From NCBI GenBank assembly GCA_965240325.2, contig OZ251252.1, positions 248,001 to 312,000 of the forward strand: DNA of 64,000 nucleotides, given 5' to 3'. This DNA is from Rebecca billardiae RCC1528 (taxonomy: Eukaryota > Protista > Haptophyta). Of this stretch, positions 43,030 through 55,522 are shown piece after piece. Under the pieces are notes generated by a model, which made no database searches, had not been told where the DNA came from, and saw nothing but the letters and a program-made list of their open reading frames with translations. Made by a program: the position numbers and the translations under genes. Within the stretch, counting starts at the first letter, position 1; each line of letters opens with the position of its first letter.

Positions 43030-46000
43030 CAGCGTGGGGTGGCACCCGCGCCTGTCAACGCGACCGCGTTCTGTCAAGAATGGACCCATATCCTGCGACC
43101 ACTCTCGAGCACCGCATACTATGCCCACACTCGGCATAGGGAAGGATCGCTGAGCGCCTGCTGCCGCTGTCAAAGGCCCTGCTGATCTTCCTGGCGCTGG
43201 ATCGTGCACACGGATGGCAAGTCGACGTGCTCGCCGCACATCGCGGCGGCTTCTCAGCATCCCAAGTCCTCAGTGCACCCATCCTAGGCCTGCTGGTCGA
43301 TGATTGGTACCAACCCCCACCAAACACGCCCTCTCGGAAGTCGCCAATCGCTTACATGGCTCCCCGAGAGCCCGGGGCTGGCTGTCGTGCGTTCTCACGA
43401 GCAGCTTGCGCACAGCCCAAATGTCACCTTCACGGTGCGTTGAGCTGCTCAAGATGGCGGGAGCGTCAAGAGCATGCCCGTGCACGACACTGACCCATGC
43501 CTCCCGTCGCCTGACCCGCATGTGGCAAAAACTGACCCTGCTCGAAGGCACGGGTCGAACACCCGCCGATCGATTCAAGTTGTCTGTACGCGTCTAGCCG
43601 GGCGAGAGTCAAACATGCGGGCACGTGCCAGGCGGGGATGTGTGACCACGGATCCCATCCGTGAGCACGCGCAAAGCGCTGGAGCGCGCGATAGGTGTTG
43701 GCTGTGGTCTACCCGACACACGGCGGCTCGGTCGCGCTGGAGATAGGGGGGCCAAAGTTCAGCCAGGGGACGCCCATTTTGGACGTTGAGATGTGCGTTC
43801 AAGGTTCCTAACGCGAGCGCTCCCGGACCGCCCCCGGACACGCCGCCGAGCGCCGCAAGGCCGTTGGCCTCGCCGTCGACGGCGCCGCGATGAGCGCTGC
43901 CACGGCTGCAGACGTGCGCGCTGCGCCCAGCGCGCGAGACGAGCGGGCGCACAGTCCCCACACACGCAGCCGCGCCGCTTGACCCGACCTGCGTCTCCGT
44001 CTCCTCGCGCCGCACGCGCAGGGCGAGGCAGGCGAGTTGTGCCCAGTCCGACGCCGCGGCAGCCGCGCAGGTGGCGGCGCTGATCGAGGGCTCGCCGCGG
44101 GCGCTCCTGGGGCCCTGCCTCAAGGAGCTGCTCGTGGCGATCGTGACCGTCCTCGACCGCCTTCCTCGGGCCCGAGCCCACTCCGGCGCACTGCGGCTGG
44201 CGGCCGGACAAGCGAGCACGCGCGGCGACGAGGATGATGCCACGTCGTCGCCGCGCCTGGGCGAGGAAGCTGCGCAGCCGCGTGCGCAGCCGGTGTCGGA
44301 TGCGGATGCGACGACGATGGAGACGTACGACGGCGTCGTTGGCGAGATCGTTGACGGCGCGCACTCTGTAGACGAGGGCCTGCAGCAAACTACGGGCGAG
44401 GAGGGGCTTTGAGGACGGGCTTGCCGGCCCAGTGCCCGTCCCGAACCCGTTCAGTGCCGAGTCCGCGCGTCCTGCGTTGGCGGAGTCGGAGGCGATCGCG
44501 GCTCGTCGGGAACAACCAGAAGCATGCCGAGTGATCAGGCTGGAGGAGCACGCGCGGGCGCTCCATGTGTCGGTCAATCTGAGGAAGGACACGCACTTGG
44601 ACCCGGTGAGAGCCGAGTGCCACTTTCAACTCGCGGCGCCACAGTCGGCCCGCATGATTGCACTTGCGCGGCGCGTCTGGCACCTCTGACAACTCGGGCG
44701 CGCGGACATAGCCGAGCCGGTTGCGGCCGCGCACTGCCAGACAAGGAGCTGATTGCACTGCTCACCACAGCCCGGCTGCGCGAGCTCGTCGAGCTCGCAC
44801 GAGACGACGCGAGCAGCCTGCCAGCCGGGACGACGTGGGCACAGGGCCGACTTCCCAGGTGCGTCCTCGACTCGGACCACCCGCTGCCAAGGCTGCCCAG
44901 CGGGGAGCGCGGCGGCCGCGGCGGCCGCGGCCGAGGCGGCCGTGGCAGCGGCCACGCCGCCGCTGCTCCGCTGCGCTCAGCCTCGGGCCCGGTCAAGGCG
45001 GCGGCGAACGACGCACTCGCTGGCCTTCTCGCGCCGCCGCGAGGGGCGCTGCTCATCGCTGGCGCCGCCGCTGCCGCCTCGAAGCCCGACGCCAAGGACT
45101 CACGCATTCTGCTCCGGTGCTTCGCCGTCATGGGCAAGGTGGCGAGCTGCGAGGAAGCCGCGCCGACAGATCTTCAACGTGGCACCGCTGGCGCTCGTCA
45201 GCGCGCGCAGCCGCGGTGGAGGCGGCGGCCAAGGGGCGAGTCGGACGCGTCAGACGCCGTCTACCTGGCGCACTGGAGCAAGAAGCGGCGAGCCATTGCC
45301 ATGCTGAGCCAGGCCTTCGCTCACGCCGTCCTGAAGCAGCCGACAGTGGGCGGCGCCGCGCGAGGAGCACCCCTGCCGTGCCCGTGGGCGCCAAGCGAAC
45401 GCGCGACGGGTCAGAGGAGGCAGAGGCGCACGCCGCGACGGCGGCGCAGACAGTCGTTCGCGTGTCTACTGCCTCGGGCACTCGCGCCTCTGGCTCCCGC
45501 GCGACGACCAGCAGTGACGCTGGCGCTCGTGACAGCGGTGCCAGCGCCCATGAGCCGAGAGGCGACGTGACCGGTACGCGCGCGCCGCGCAGCATCTTGT
45601 CAGTTGATTGAGTGCGCGGTGACGTGAGCGGTGTGTCGCACACTACAGGCACAGCTCTGAGCTCAGCCGCGGCCGCTGATCGATGACGAAGACGATGGGT
45701 CACGATGGCCTCGTGCCTCGTGGACTCGTGGAGCGGCGTTAGAGCCGCAGCCGATGTCGTGCCCCGGCCCGGACTCGGCGCCGCACTGCCGGTCTGCCAG
45801 TGCTGCGGTCCGACCGCGACCGCGTCCGCTGCCCGGATTCGGCGACTCGGATAGTCGGCATTCATCAGCAGATGACTGCTAAGAGGTCTGGCACGGCTTC
45901 GCCGGTGACGAGGCCACCGGGACCATGCCACTTTCGTGGTCAACTGAGACTACCGCCATCAGCCTGACTGAATGAGCTTGACCGGCGCGTCCGCACGGCT

Positions 46001-48200
46001 GCGGGCGCCGCGCCCGCGCGGGGCCGGGCGCGCTGCGACCGCCGCCGCGTCGATCTCGAGTGCCGGAGTTGTGTCCGCGGACCGGTCTGACGAGACGGCC
46101 GCGGACTCCGCAGCCAGCAGGCTTCGAGTAACAGCGTCGCGCGTCTGGGCTGATGCAGGACTTCGGACTCTGTCGTCTAACCACGATCATCGAGCGGCGG
46201 TCGCGGGTGCTGTCCGACGAGACACTCACGCCCCTCCTCGTCCGTAGTTTGCGTCCTCCCGCTCCCCCTCGCCCTCGCCCTGCGCGGACATCGCGTCGCC
46301 AGAGTGCGCGCCGTCAATGATCTCGCCACCGACGCCGTCGTACGTCTCCATCGTCGTCGCATCCGCATCCGACACCGGCTGCGCACGCGGCTGCGCAGCT
46401 TCCTCGCCCAGGCGCGACCGTGCTCGCTTGTCCGGCCGCCAGCCGCAGTGCGCCGGAGTGGGCTCGGGCCCGAGGAAGGCGGTCGATGACGGTCACGATC
46501 GCCACGAGCAGCTCCTTGAGGCAGGGCCCCAGGAGCGCCCGCGGCGAGCCCTCGATCAGCGCCGCCACCTGCGCGGCTGCCGCGGCGTCGGACTGGGCAC
46601 AACTCGCCTGCCTCGCCCTGCGCGTGCGGCGCGAGGAGACGGAGACGCAGGTCGGGTCAAGCGGCGCGGCTGCGTGTGTGGGGACTGTGCGCCCGCTCGT
46701 CTCGCGCGCTGGGCGCAGCGCGCACGTCTGCAGCCGTGGCAGCGCTCATCGCGGCGCCGTCGACGGCGAGGCCAACGGCCTTGCGGCGCTCGGCGGCGTG
46801 TCCGGGGGCGGTCCGGGAGCGCTCGCGTTAGGAACCTTGAACGCACATCTCAACGTCCAAAATGGGCGTCCCCTGGCTGAAAGTGGCACTGTAGCGTTAC
46901 TGACGGCCACGAGCGCGGGTCCTAGCGAGTGTTTAGAGCTGATTTCGGGCTGGATCATTTGCCCTCTGGAGGGGTCTGGGCCGGCCATGTAAAAAAATCA
47001 GGTGCACATACCCTGAATATAGGGCGTAACGGCTAGCATATTTACTTATTAGAATGAGCCTGAACTTATTGGAAACGGCATGTAACGGTCGTCCTATATG
47101 TGACATATAGACCATGTCGACCTCACTTTGATAGAGCATCTCAGCGAGATCGTTCTGAGTCCCCAGCAGCAGCAGGTCCCAACATGCGATATAGGCTGTG
47201 TACTGGCAGGCTGTCAAATATGTAGTTTCCTAGAAGCCACCGATCGTTACATACCCACTGTGTATATAGGCGCCATGCTGATGAATACAGCCTCGTCTGA
47301 TTTCGAGCTGCGAGATACGTTTTCAGACTGTGTATACGGCCACGCGTACGGCGTATTGCAGACATAGTAGACCCAAAGCACCGGCCCCACGTCCTTAGCC
47401 CGGGAGTGCTCTCGGTCATAGTCAAGGTTTAAAGTGACTCGAGCCAACCGTCACCGCTCCCTGGCCGAGACCTACGAGGCAGGTCAAATCTGTCGTCGTC
47501 GCAGTGCGGCACAGTGCCGAGCATGCGATTCGGCAGCAAACGTCTGCTCCAGGCGGTGGCTGGCGTGTCTGCACCAAACCAGGCTGGATGTGATTGGTCC
47601 ATATAGGTACGCACTACCCTGTTCCGCGCTATTTCTGGGCTTAGGGGCGGATATTCGGCCTACAGAGGCTGATCCGGCGCTGTTCGGCGCTCCTGGCTGG
47701 CTGCGCGGAGCCCAACGGCAAGCGCCGGCGTGTGCAAGGTGTCAAGATTGAGACGGTCTCTGACGCTCCCGCCGGTCTTGGGCGCACCAGGGTGCATGAG
47801 GGCCCATCTGCATCTGCTTCTGCAGGCATGAGCGTCACAGGGGCGCGCTTGCAGGCACGGTCGAGTGCACGTCGGACCTGTCGAATGAGCCAACCGCTGC
47901 CTGCGAGCACGTCCGCGACGTCCTGAGAGGCGAATGGGAGGCGCCCAGACGCCATCAGAGGGCACACGTGACCCATACCCAACGTACTGACCATCGCAAG
48001 TGCCACGGCAGGTGCAAACACGGGCCCTACAAGCGGAACATGACAGTTGCGAGCTCCGCGGAGGTGTTGCGCGCGAGCTCGCGCCGGTCTGCTGACGGCG
48101 ATTCCGGCGCAGCAGGGCAGGTTAGGCGAGCTGGGCATCCACATACATACATGGGCACTTGGTGCGAGCATCGATCTCAACTGTGCGAGTTGATCATGAG
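43030..48200. mobile_element. Possible highly degenerate Ty1/copia-like retrotransposon relic interrupted by the TIR element
   Basis: Lower GC. Frameshifted plus-strand fragments in integrase order: WHPRL (43040), CCRC, IVHTD (43201), LLVDD (43290). Beyond the insertion are weak RT-like fragments (ASSDFELR, TEADPALF). No YVDD and no LTRs found. Confidence 0.35.
43759..46880. mobile_element. 3.1-kb element with ~650-bp terminal inverted repeats and a 4-bp AAGT target-site duplication
   Basis: Left end TCAGCCAGGGGACGCCCATTTTGGACG is the exact reverse complement of the right end. Arms ~43759-44408 and ~46230-46880. AAGT at 43755-43758 and 46881-46884. Confidence 0.8.
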
Positions 48201-48736
48201 CCACACCGTGCGGTAGCGTGACGGGCGCACGCAGCGCGCCAATTCAAGCCGGCCGACGCGCGCCGCGCACGGCGCGAGATGGCCAAGAAGCGGGTGGTGA
48301 GCCGCTGGTGGCGCAAAGGCACGGGTCAGTAGCGCCCACCAGCGTCACGCGCGCGCGCACCCGAGACCATCTCGGCGTCTCAAAGGTCGCGAGCGCGCGG
48401 CGGTCCACTGCCTCCGGCCGCTCGCGCTGGAGCGGAACCGAGCTCTGAGCGTCCGAAGGCGTGAAGCTCGATTTTCGAGCGGGGTCCGAGAAAAAGGCTC
48501 CGCGCCACCCTAAAAGGCCGAGGGCGGAGCGAAAATGCGACGCGACTTTGCTTTTCATTTTTAAATGGGCGGTTTGGCCCCCCTACAGTGGAGAGGCGCT
48601 CCGACATCGTCGGGAGCGTTCAGATCGACCTCGGCCGGCGGCCCGGCGATTTTCCGAGCCGCGCCCCGCGCGAAAAGAAATCAGGCCAGAAAACCCGGTA
48701 TAAATGTTTAAAAGACCGCTGCTGGAAAATCGCCAG

Positions 48737-50074
48737 GGGGTGAAAATCCCATTTTCTGGCCTGTCCGGGTGGAAAATCCGGCTGCTCAGATCTGACCGGA
48801 CCGGGACCCGGACAGCACAGTATCTAGGGACCAGACACTTTTACATCTTCGTTCTCTTCGGATTTGAGCATGGGGCGGCGCCCCATTTGCACAGTCAAAA
48901 GACCGCGGGTGTAAAAGCAACCGTTGTCGAGTTCGATGTAGCGGCTGGGCGAATTAGTGAATAAAAAAACAATTCACGAGACACTTGCGCCCACGGCCGC
49001 GATGGCGTGCGCCGTCCACCCACGACGGAGTCGTGGACGGACATCGCTACACAGCCTACGCGACAGGCGTTGTCGTGATCGAGGTGCCCGTGCCCGTTGT
49101 CGATAGCCAAACGATTGGCACGACGACCTGGCACCACATCCGCGTCAAGCGCGGCGAGGCCGTGGTCCAGCGCGTGTGCGCCACTGAGCTGGCCGATGTG
49201 CGGACGGCGTCGGGTGGCGCAGGGGCTCCTGCCGATGCTACCTGGCGGCTGCTGCGGGGCCTGCTGCCGTGGTCGAGCCTGGGGCAGAGGCTGAGTCAAC
49301 CGCGGAGCAGCTCAACGCTTCCGAGATCGAGCTGCGCGCGGTCGGACCAGATGACGGCCCGCGGCCGTCCAAGCGCACACGCAAGGACGCCTGAGCACAC
49401 GCGTTCAGTCCGAGTAAAGCCTGGTCGGCGTACGAGCGCGAGCCAGCTCAGACACGGCACGAGCGCACGCGTGACGGCTCGTACGATGAGCTCGTCGGCT
49501 TGGTCATCGGGCTGCTGTCGCTCGTCGCCTCGCTTGTCACGTCACACTCAGCTGAGCAGAGACATCACTCCCGCCGTTCAGCTGATCGACGAGGACGAGG
49601 CGGCCAAGGCGGCGGCGGCTCAAACGCCTGGAGGAGGAGCGCAGGAGGAGGAGGAGCTCCCAGCGCTGAGCCTGTGGGGCCGCGCCGAGGCCAGGCACCG
49701 CGGCCAGCGGCTGCAGTCGCGGGTGGCTGCCGGACAGCAGCTCGGCGGCACACGCTCACTCATACGTCGATCCTCTTGCTCGAGAGTCGAGGCGGCGGGC
49801 AAGGTGCAGGCCGCACGCGAGCTTGCTGAGCGTGCGCAGGCCGAGCCGCAGCTGAGCCCCGAGGGTGCTCGGGACGCCGCGTGCGCAAGCAGGCCGCCTC
49901 GCAGCAGATGGTGCTTCGCATCGAATAACTACGCTGATACTAACCCGAAAAAATTTCTTCGCACTGCGTGCGCTTTACTCCCATTATTCTTTATTTATTC
50001 CTTATTCGCGTATTAAATGCCGCTTTTCCGCCTCCCCAGTGCGGAAGTGCGCCAGAAAATGGGAATTCCACCCC
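48737..50074. mobile_element. Putative non-autonomous DNA transposon with 24-bp imperfect TIRs
   Basis: GGGGTGAAAATCCCATTTTCTGGC (48737-48760) versus GCCAGAAAATGGGAATTCCACCCC (50051-50074): 22/24 inverted match with AT-rich subtermini. No TSD seen. Confidence 0.55.
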
Positions 50075-50267
50075 AGGGACCCACCTACCGGGCGGTGAGT
50101 GAGTGAGTTACGAGTGAGTGGGTGAGCACGGTGAGCTCACTCGCCCGCTGCCCGCGGTCGCGCGTGACACGCTATACGCTTATATATATATACCTATATA
50201 TATATATATATAGTCAAACTGTACTGTGTCTTCAGACCCGCCCAGCATGACGCCATGCTGAGTCAGT

Positions 50268-51035
50268 TCAGACCATGGGGGTGGGGCCGACGTTGGTGTT
50301 GCCCGCAAGCGCGGTCTCAAAGTAGAGCTGGTTGAACAGCAGCGTCGCGCCGATGAGCGTCGCGATGTGCTCGGTCGGCGCGTCGGAGGGCGCGTGCATC
50401 TGGAAGGTGTCGGCGTCGGTGAGGAGCTCGCGCTTCATCCCGCCCCACGCCTTGACTACGCGGCCGACCGGCTCGGGCCTGACAGGCTGCTGCAGGCTGT
50501 AGAGGTAGAAGGGCACCTTGCAGCAGCCACCGCCGTTGGGGTCGCACGGGTTGACGCAGAGGCCGCCGCAGCAGGTGGGCTGGTGCAGCACGTGCGTCTT
50601 GACGCCGCTCGCGTCGGAGATCGACATCTGCGGCACGCAGCAGTAGAAGTCCTCGCTCACCGAGCCGAGCTGCGCGCCTGTGGCCGCGTCGGCGGCGACG
50701 ACGGTCTGGCGGCAGCAGCACTTGCTCGGGCCGGGCGCGCAGCGGAACGGGCGCGTGTATGTGACGATTGGCTCGCCGCCCTCCTCGCCGCCGACCGAGA
50801 GCGTCGTGATCCACGGCCGCACCGTCGGGCAGCAGACGCGCCACGCGCAGCTCGACTTCTCGAGCAGGTAGAAGCTCGGCTGCGCGCCCTCGTCGCTCAC
50901 GTAGAAGCGGGTCTCGGCCTCGCACCCAAAGCATTCCCGGAGCCAGCCCTTGCGCGACTGCTTGAGGACCAGCTGCGTGTGGCCCTCGAGCTCGCGAGCC
51001 ATGCTGTTCGGAACGATGCCGCCCTGCTGGTCCAT
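50268..51035 (-). CDS. Phospholipid scramblase (PLSCR family)
   Basis: ECFGCEAETRFYV, LEKSSCAWRVCCP..RP, YTRPFRC, Cys-rich loops, VGRVVKAWGGMKRELLTDADTF, ATLIGATLLFNQLYFE. Start at 51035 is the likely one; the ORF is open to 51242. Confidence 0.9.
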   Translation of the reverse strand: MDQQGGIVPNSMARELEGHTQLVLKQSRKGWLRECFGCEAETRFYVSDEGAQPSFYLLEKSSCAWRVCCPTVRPWITTLSVGGEEGGEPIVTYTRPFRCAPGPSKCCCRQTVVAADAATGAQLGSVSEDFYCCVPQMSISDASGVKTHVLHQPTCCGGLCVNPCDPNGGGCCKVPFYLYSLQQPVRPEPVGRVVKAWGGMKRELLTDADTFQMHAPSDAPTEHIATLIGATLLFNQLYFETALAGNTNVGPTPMV

Positions 51036-51474
51036 GGTGATGGCGTCGGAACGTTTACATTCGTCGTATTCCCGATTCTCGGATGATCCGCACCAGGTAT
51101 CCGCCGAATTTGCGATTCGCCGAAGAATTCCACGACGATTCGCGAAAGCTGGGATCGCGATTGACAGCAATGACTGCGGCCCCACGCGCCCGTCGTCGGC
51201 GCCCGCGGCGGCGGAGGCGCAGCCGGTGGTTGCCGATGCCAAGCCGGTGCCCAGGCCATCATCTCACCACTGAGTTGACTATCGTTACCTGCTAGCGCAG
51301 CGGCTCCACAGCGCCGCGCGCGCAGCCGGTGCGCCCGCAGTCGTGCTCCGCGAGCGCGACGTACGCGATGGTAAGTGACGCATGTTGCGAAGATCGATGA
51401 CGACCTCGGCTGTAAGCGCTGCTGGCGCAGCATGCGGTGCCAACGGCGGCCGCCCGGCCCGAGCGCGGCGCTCG

Positions 51475-53101
51475 CTACCCGGCGAGCCGCGCGCGCGAGA
51501 GCCCGTTGGTCGCGGCGTCGAGCGCGTCGGCGGCGGGCGCATGTCGAGCGTCCTCTTCGACGATGGCGCCGCCGAGTGCGTCCGCCGCGCCATCCGCGTC
51601 CGCGCCGTCCGCGTCCGCGCCGCCGCCGCCGCCGCCGCCGCCCGGCGTCGGCGGCACCGGCCCGCCGCCGCCTCCCCTCGCCGCCTTCTCGCGCCCCCTG
51701 CCGCCCTTCCCGCCCTTCCCGCCCTTCCCGCCGCCACTCCCGCCGCCGCCGCCCTGCAGGTACTTGCGCATGTCGTACGCGTCCTCGCCGTCCGCGTAGT
51801 ACTTGGCCTCGACGTCGTGGATGGCGAAGCCGAGCGTGCGCGTGTACAGCCCGATGGCGGCGCGGTTCGAGCGGCGCACGTGCAGCGAGACGTACTGCGG
51901 GCGGTGGGGGAGGGTGCGGGTGCGGGTGCTTAGGGTTAGGGTTGGGGCGAGGGTGTGTTTGGGCGAGGGGCGCCGGCCGCGGGGGATGGCGAGCGCGCGG
52001 CGCGGCGCGGCAGGCTGCGCGCAGCACACAGCACACAAGCGCACGGCGGCGGCATCGCGGGCCGCGCACACGCGCCACAGCGGCAGGGCGCGCGCCCTCG
52101 ACTCCCGCAGCGCGCGGCGGCAGCGGAGGCGGCAGCGGTGCCCGCAGTGTCCCAACACTGTCTCCAGCGCTGTGCGCAGCGGCGGGGTGCCGCGTGCGCG
52201 CGTGGAGATTCAATCTCGTGCACACGCAGCGTGGAGATACAATCTCGTGCACACACGCGCGCACACCTGTGAGTCGAACGCTTCGACCATCGCGCGCTCG
52301 GCGGCGAGCATCAGCTTGGTGGCGAGGCCGAGCTTGCGGTGCGAGCGGAGCACGGCGAGGGAGGTGATATGGCCGTGCTGCGTGCCGCCCTCCGCGACCT
52401 GGCGCCGCCGGGGCGCGGGGCGCGCCGCGCGCCAAGCGGTCGCGAGCCGTCAGCCGGGGCGGCGGCCGACAGAGCGGGGCGGCCACCGAAGCCTAACCCC
52501 AACCCTAACCCAGGCGCCAACGGTCGCGAGGAGCCGTCAGCCGGGGGAGGCGGCCGACAGGGCGGGGCGGCCGCAGCACGGCGCGCCGCGTGGCCGCCAG
52601 CCGGCCCCCGCCCCCGTGCGCAGCCGCACGCCCACGCAGCCTCCCCCAGGGCCGCACCCGAGCGCGTGCGCATGCGCGCGCGCGCGCGCGCCTCGTCCTC
52701 CATCTTGGCGAGGACGTAACCGACGATCTTGCCGCCATCCTCCTCGGCCACGTGCAGCAGTTGCGGCCAGCTCAGGATGTGGTAGAAGTAGTACTTCATC
52801 TGGTAGTTCTCGGGCAGGCACGAGAGGTTGCAGTCTGCGGACGGTGTGCGTGTGTGGTGGGCGCGGGGGGCGGGGCGCGGGGCGCGGGAGCGCGCGGGAG
52901 CGATGACGCCGCCGCCGATGCGCTCGCCGCGCGCGCGCGGCCGCGCCGAGCGCGCGCGCGCGCGCCACGTGGCGGAGCGCTGCGCGCGCGGCACGCGCGC
53001 CTCGCGTCTGCGCTTGCGCTCCGCCGGCGCGCGCGCCCCCGCGCGCGCGTACGCTGCATCTGGAACAGGTCGTCCACCGTCGCGCGGCGGATCGACACCA
53101 T
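51475..53101 (-). CDS. NAA10: N-alpha-acetyltransferase 10 (NatA catalytic subunit, ARD1)
   Basis: [42 protein letters not shown]...[10 protein letters not shown]/...[23 protein letters not shown].../[13 protein letters not shown]...[13 protein letters not shown]. Introns 53052..52835, 52691..52399 (GC donor) and 52266..51895. Confidence 0.97.
52201..52255. repeat. 29-bp tandem duplication containing GAGAT-NNN-ATCTC, within NAA10 intron 3
   Basis: cgtggagattcaatctcgtgcacacgcag / cgtggagatacaatctcgtgcacac. Confidence 0.9.
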
Positions 53102-53253
53102 GACGATGGCGGCGCGGCGGTGCTTCGCCACGCGCTTGGCCTGGGGCGTGTCCGGTCGCTTCGAAGCGCGAGCGCCCGGACCAGCCCCCGCCAGCGCAGG
53201 CCGGTGGTCGCTCGCGAGCCGTGAGCGCGCGCGTGCGTTCGGCGCTTCGAACG
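53102..53253. promoter_or_regulatory. Probable compact bidirectional promoter between NAA10 and APC1
   Basis: Only 152 bp separate the two divergent start codons. Confidence 0.55.
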
Positions 53254-53618
53254 ATGGCGACGGAGCGCGTGCTGCAGGCGCAGGGCGTGTGCAGCCCGCA
53301 CGGGAGGCGCGCCCTCGAGGCGAGCGGCGAGGGCGGCGGCACGAGCAGCGCGCAGTGGCAGCTCTTCGCCGGCCACGGCCACGGCTGCGACGAGGTGCGC
53401 GCCGCCCGCCGCTTGCGCCGGCCGCGCGCCGCCGCGCGGCCTGGCCGGCCGGAAGGGCTGGCGCCGTGCCGCTCTGCGCGCGCGCGCAGAGCGGCGCGGC
53501 GGCTGCGCATGCGGCGCGCGCGCCGGGGCACGGCGCGGGAGGCACACGCCGGTGCTCGCCATCCGGTTCGCCCCCCGCGCGCGCGCCATGGCTGCCGCCG
53601 CCGCGACTTCACTGCGCG

Positions 53619-53650
<32 letters not shown>

Positions 53651-55468
53651 GCGCAGGAGCTGTACATCAGCGGGCACACGGTGGTGTGGTCGTCGGGCGA
53701 GACGGTGCGCAAGCGCTTCACGCTGCCCTCGCCCGTCCTCGCCGCCAAGTGGTGCCGCTTCCGCGAGACCGCGCCCGCGGCGGACGCGGCGGCGGCGGCC
53801 GGCGGCGCGGCCGGCGCGGCGGGCGCCCACGCCCACGCCGCTGAGCCGTCGCTGTGCGTGCTGCAGCTGGACTGCGTGACGGTGTACGCGCCGTCGGGCG
53901 GGTGCTACACCGTCCCGCTGCCGTGCAAGGCGCGCGCGCTCTGGCCGCTGCCCACCGGATTTCTGATCGAGCGACAGCAGCTGCCGCAGCCGCCGCAGCC
54001 GCAGCCGCCGCCGCCGCAGCCGCCGCAGCCGCAGCAGGCGGCGCGCACGCCGCCGCGCGGGGCGAGGGGCGCGCCGGGCTCGGCCGGCGCCGCCGTGCTC
54101 CCACCGGCCTCCTTCTCCGCGCGCATGCTCCTCGGTGCGCGCTGAGCCCGCGCCTGCCGGCCGCAGCGCGCGCGCCGGCCGCGCCGCGCGGCGCGCGTCG
54201 GCGCGGCGGCGGCGCGTGACCTCCGCGCACGCGCCCAGCTCACGCCTCTCGGCGCCGCCGAGCGCGCGCCCGCGCGCCACCCCGCCGCGCGTGCGCAGGC
54301 GGCGTGCTCGACTCGGTCGAACGCCCCTCGCTGCTCTGCGCCCTCCACCCGCTCGACGAGCTGCGCCCGGTGGCGTATGCGCACCCGCGCGCGCCGAGGT
54401 GCTCGCCCGCCGCCGCCGGCGCCGCGGGCGGCGGCGGCGGCGGCGGCGGCGCGCGCACGCCGGGGCGCGGCGGCGACGGGTCGCGCGAGCGTGCCGGCGC
54501 GGTGGGCGACGCGGCCGACGACGCGCCGGGCTGGGGCGAGCCGCTGCTCGAGCCGCGCGACGAGGTGCTCGTCACCGGCAGTCGGGATATCGGCACGATT
54601 GTGCATGTGTCGCACCGGCAGCCATTGCTGCTCGCGCTCTCGCCGCCCGGACCGCCCGGACTCGGCGCGTCCGGACCGGCGCGCGGCGACGGCGGCGGCG
54701 GCGGCGAAGCGGCGGGTGGCATCTCGCTCTACGCGCTGCGCTACTGCCCCGACGGCTCGGACGCGGAGGCGGAGCTCGCCGCCGCGCTCAGCGCGCTCGA
54801 CGGCGGCGGCGGCGCGGACGTCGGCGGCGGCGGCGGCGCGGACGGCGGCGGCGGCGGCGCGGACGGCGGCGGCGGCGGCGGCTCGGCGGCGGCGGCGGGC
54901 TCGGCGGCGCGGCTGTCGTCCGCGCGCGCGCTGGCGTGGTCGCAGCGCGACGTGGACGCGGCCGCGGCCGGCGGCAGCGCCGCGCGCTCGCAGCCGCACG
55001 GCTCACGGCTCGCGCCGCCGGGGCCAACTCCACCGCACGCGCGGTCGCTCGGCCGCGCCGCCGCCGCCGAGGCGGAGGCGGCTGCCGACAAGGTGCTGGG
55101 CGTGGGCGGCGGCGTGCTGCTGGGCGCGTGCTCCCCGGCCGTGTCGTGCGTGCCGCCGAGCACCGGCGGCAGCCACCGCGCCGCCGCCGGCGGGCCGCCC
55201 GGCTCTGCGCAGCCGCCGCCGAGCGGCTCGCAGCCGGGCAGCGCCGGGGCGGCGGGCGGCGGCCCGGCGTCGCAGCCAATCACAGCGCAGCTCTTCCTGC
55301 AGCCGGTGTGGCACGATGGCGGCGGGCACGATGGCGGCGGGCCGGGCACGCCGCCGCGCGGCGCCGCGGCGCAGCACGCCGCCGAGCCCGGCGCGCACGG
55401 CGTGCACGCCTTTGAGCTCGCCGACGGGATGTCTGAGCACCGCTGGGTGCGGCGCGGCGCGGCGGCGC

Positions 55469-55522
<54 letters not shown>

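Noticed and set aside
46933-47650. Minus-strand copia RNase H/RT-like words (YAWPYTQSENVSRSSKSDEAVFISMA, CRPNI)
   Set aside because: Similarly weak matches exist on the plus strand, consistent with the upstream integrase-like fragments; the strand cannot be decided by eye, so no separate call was made.
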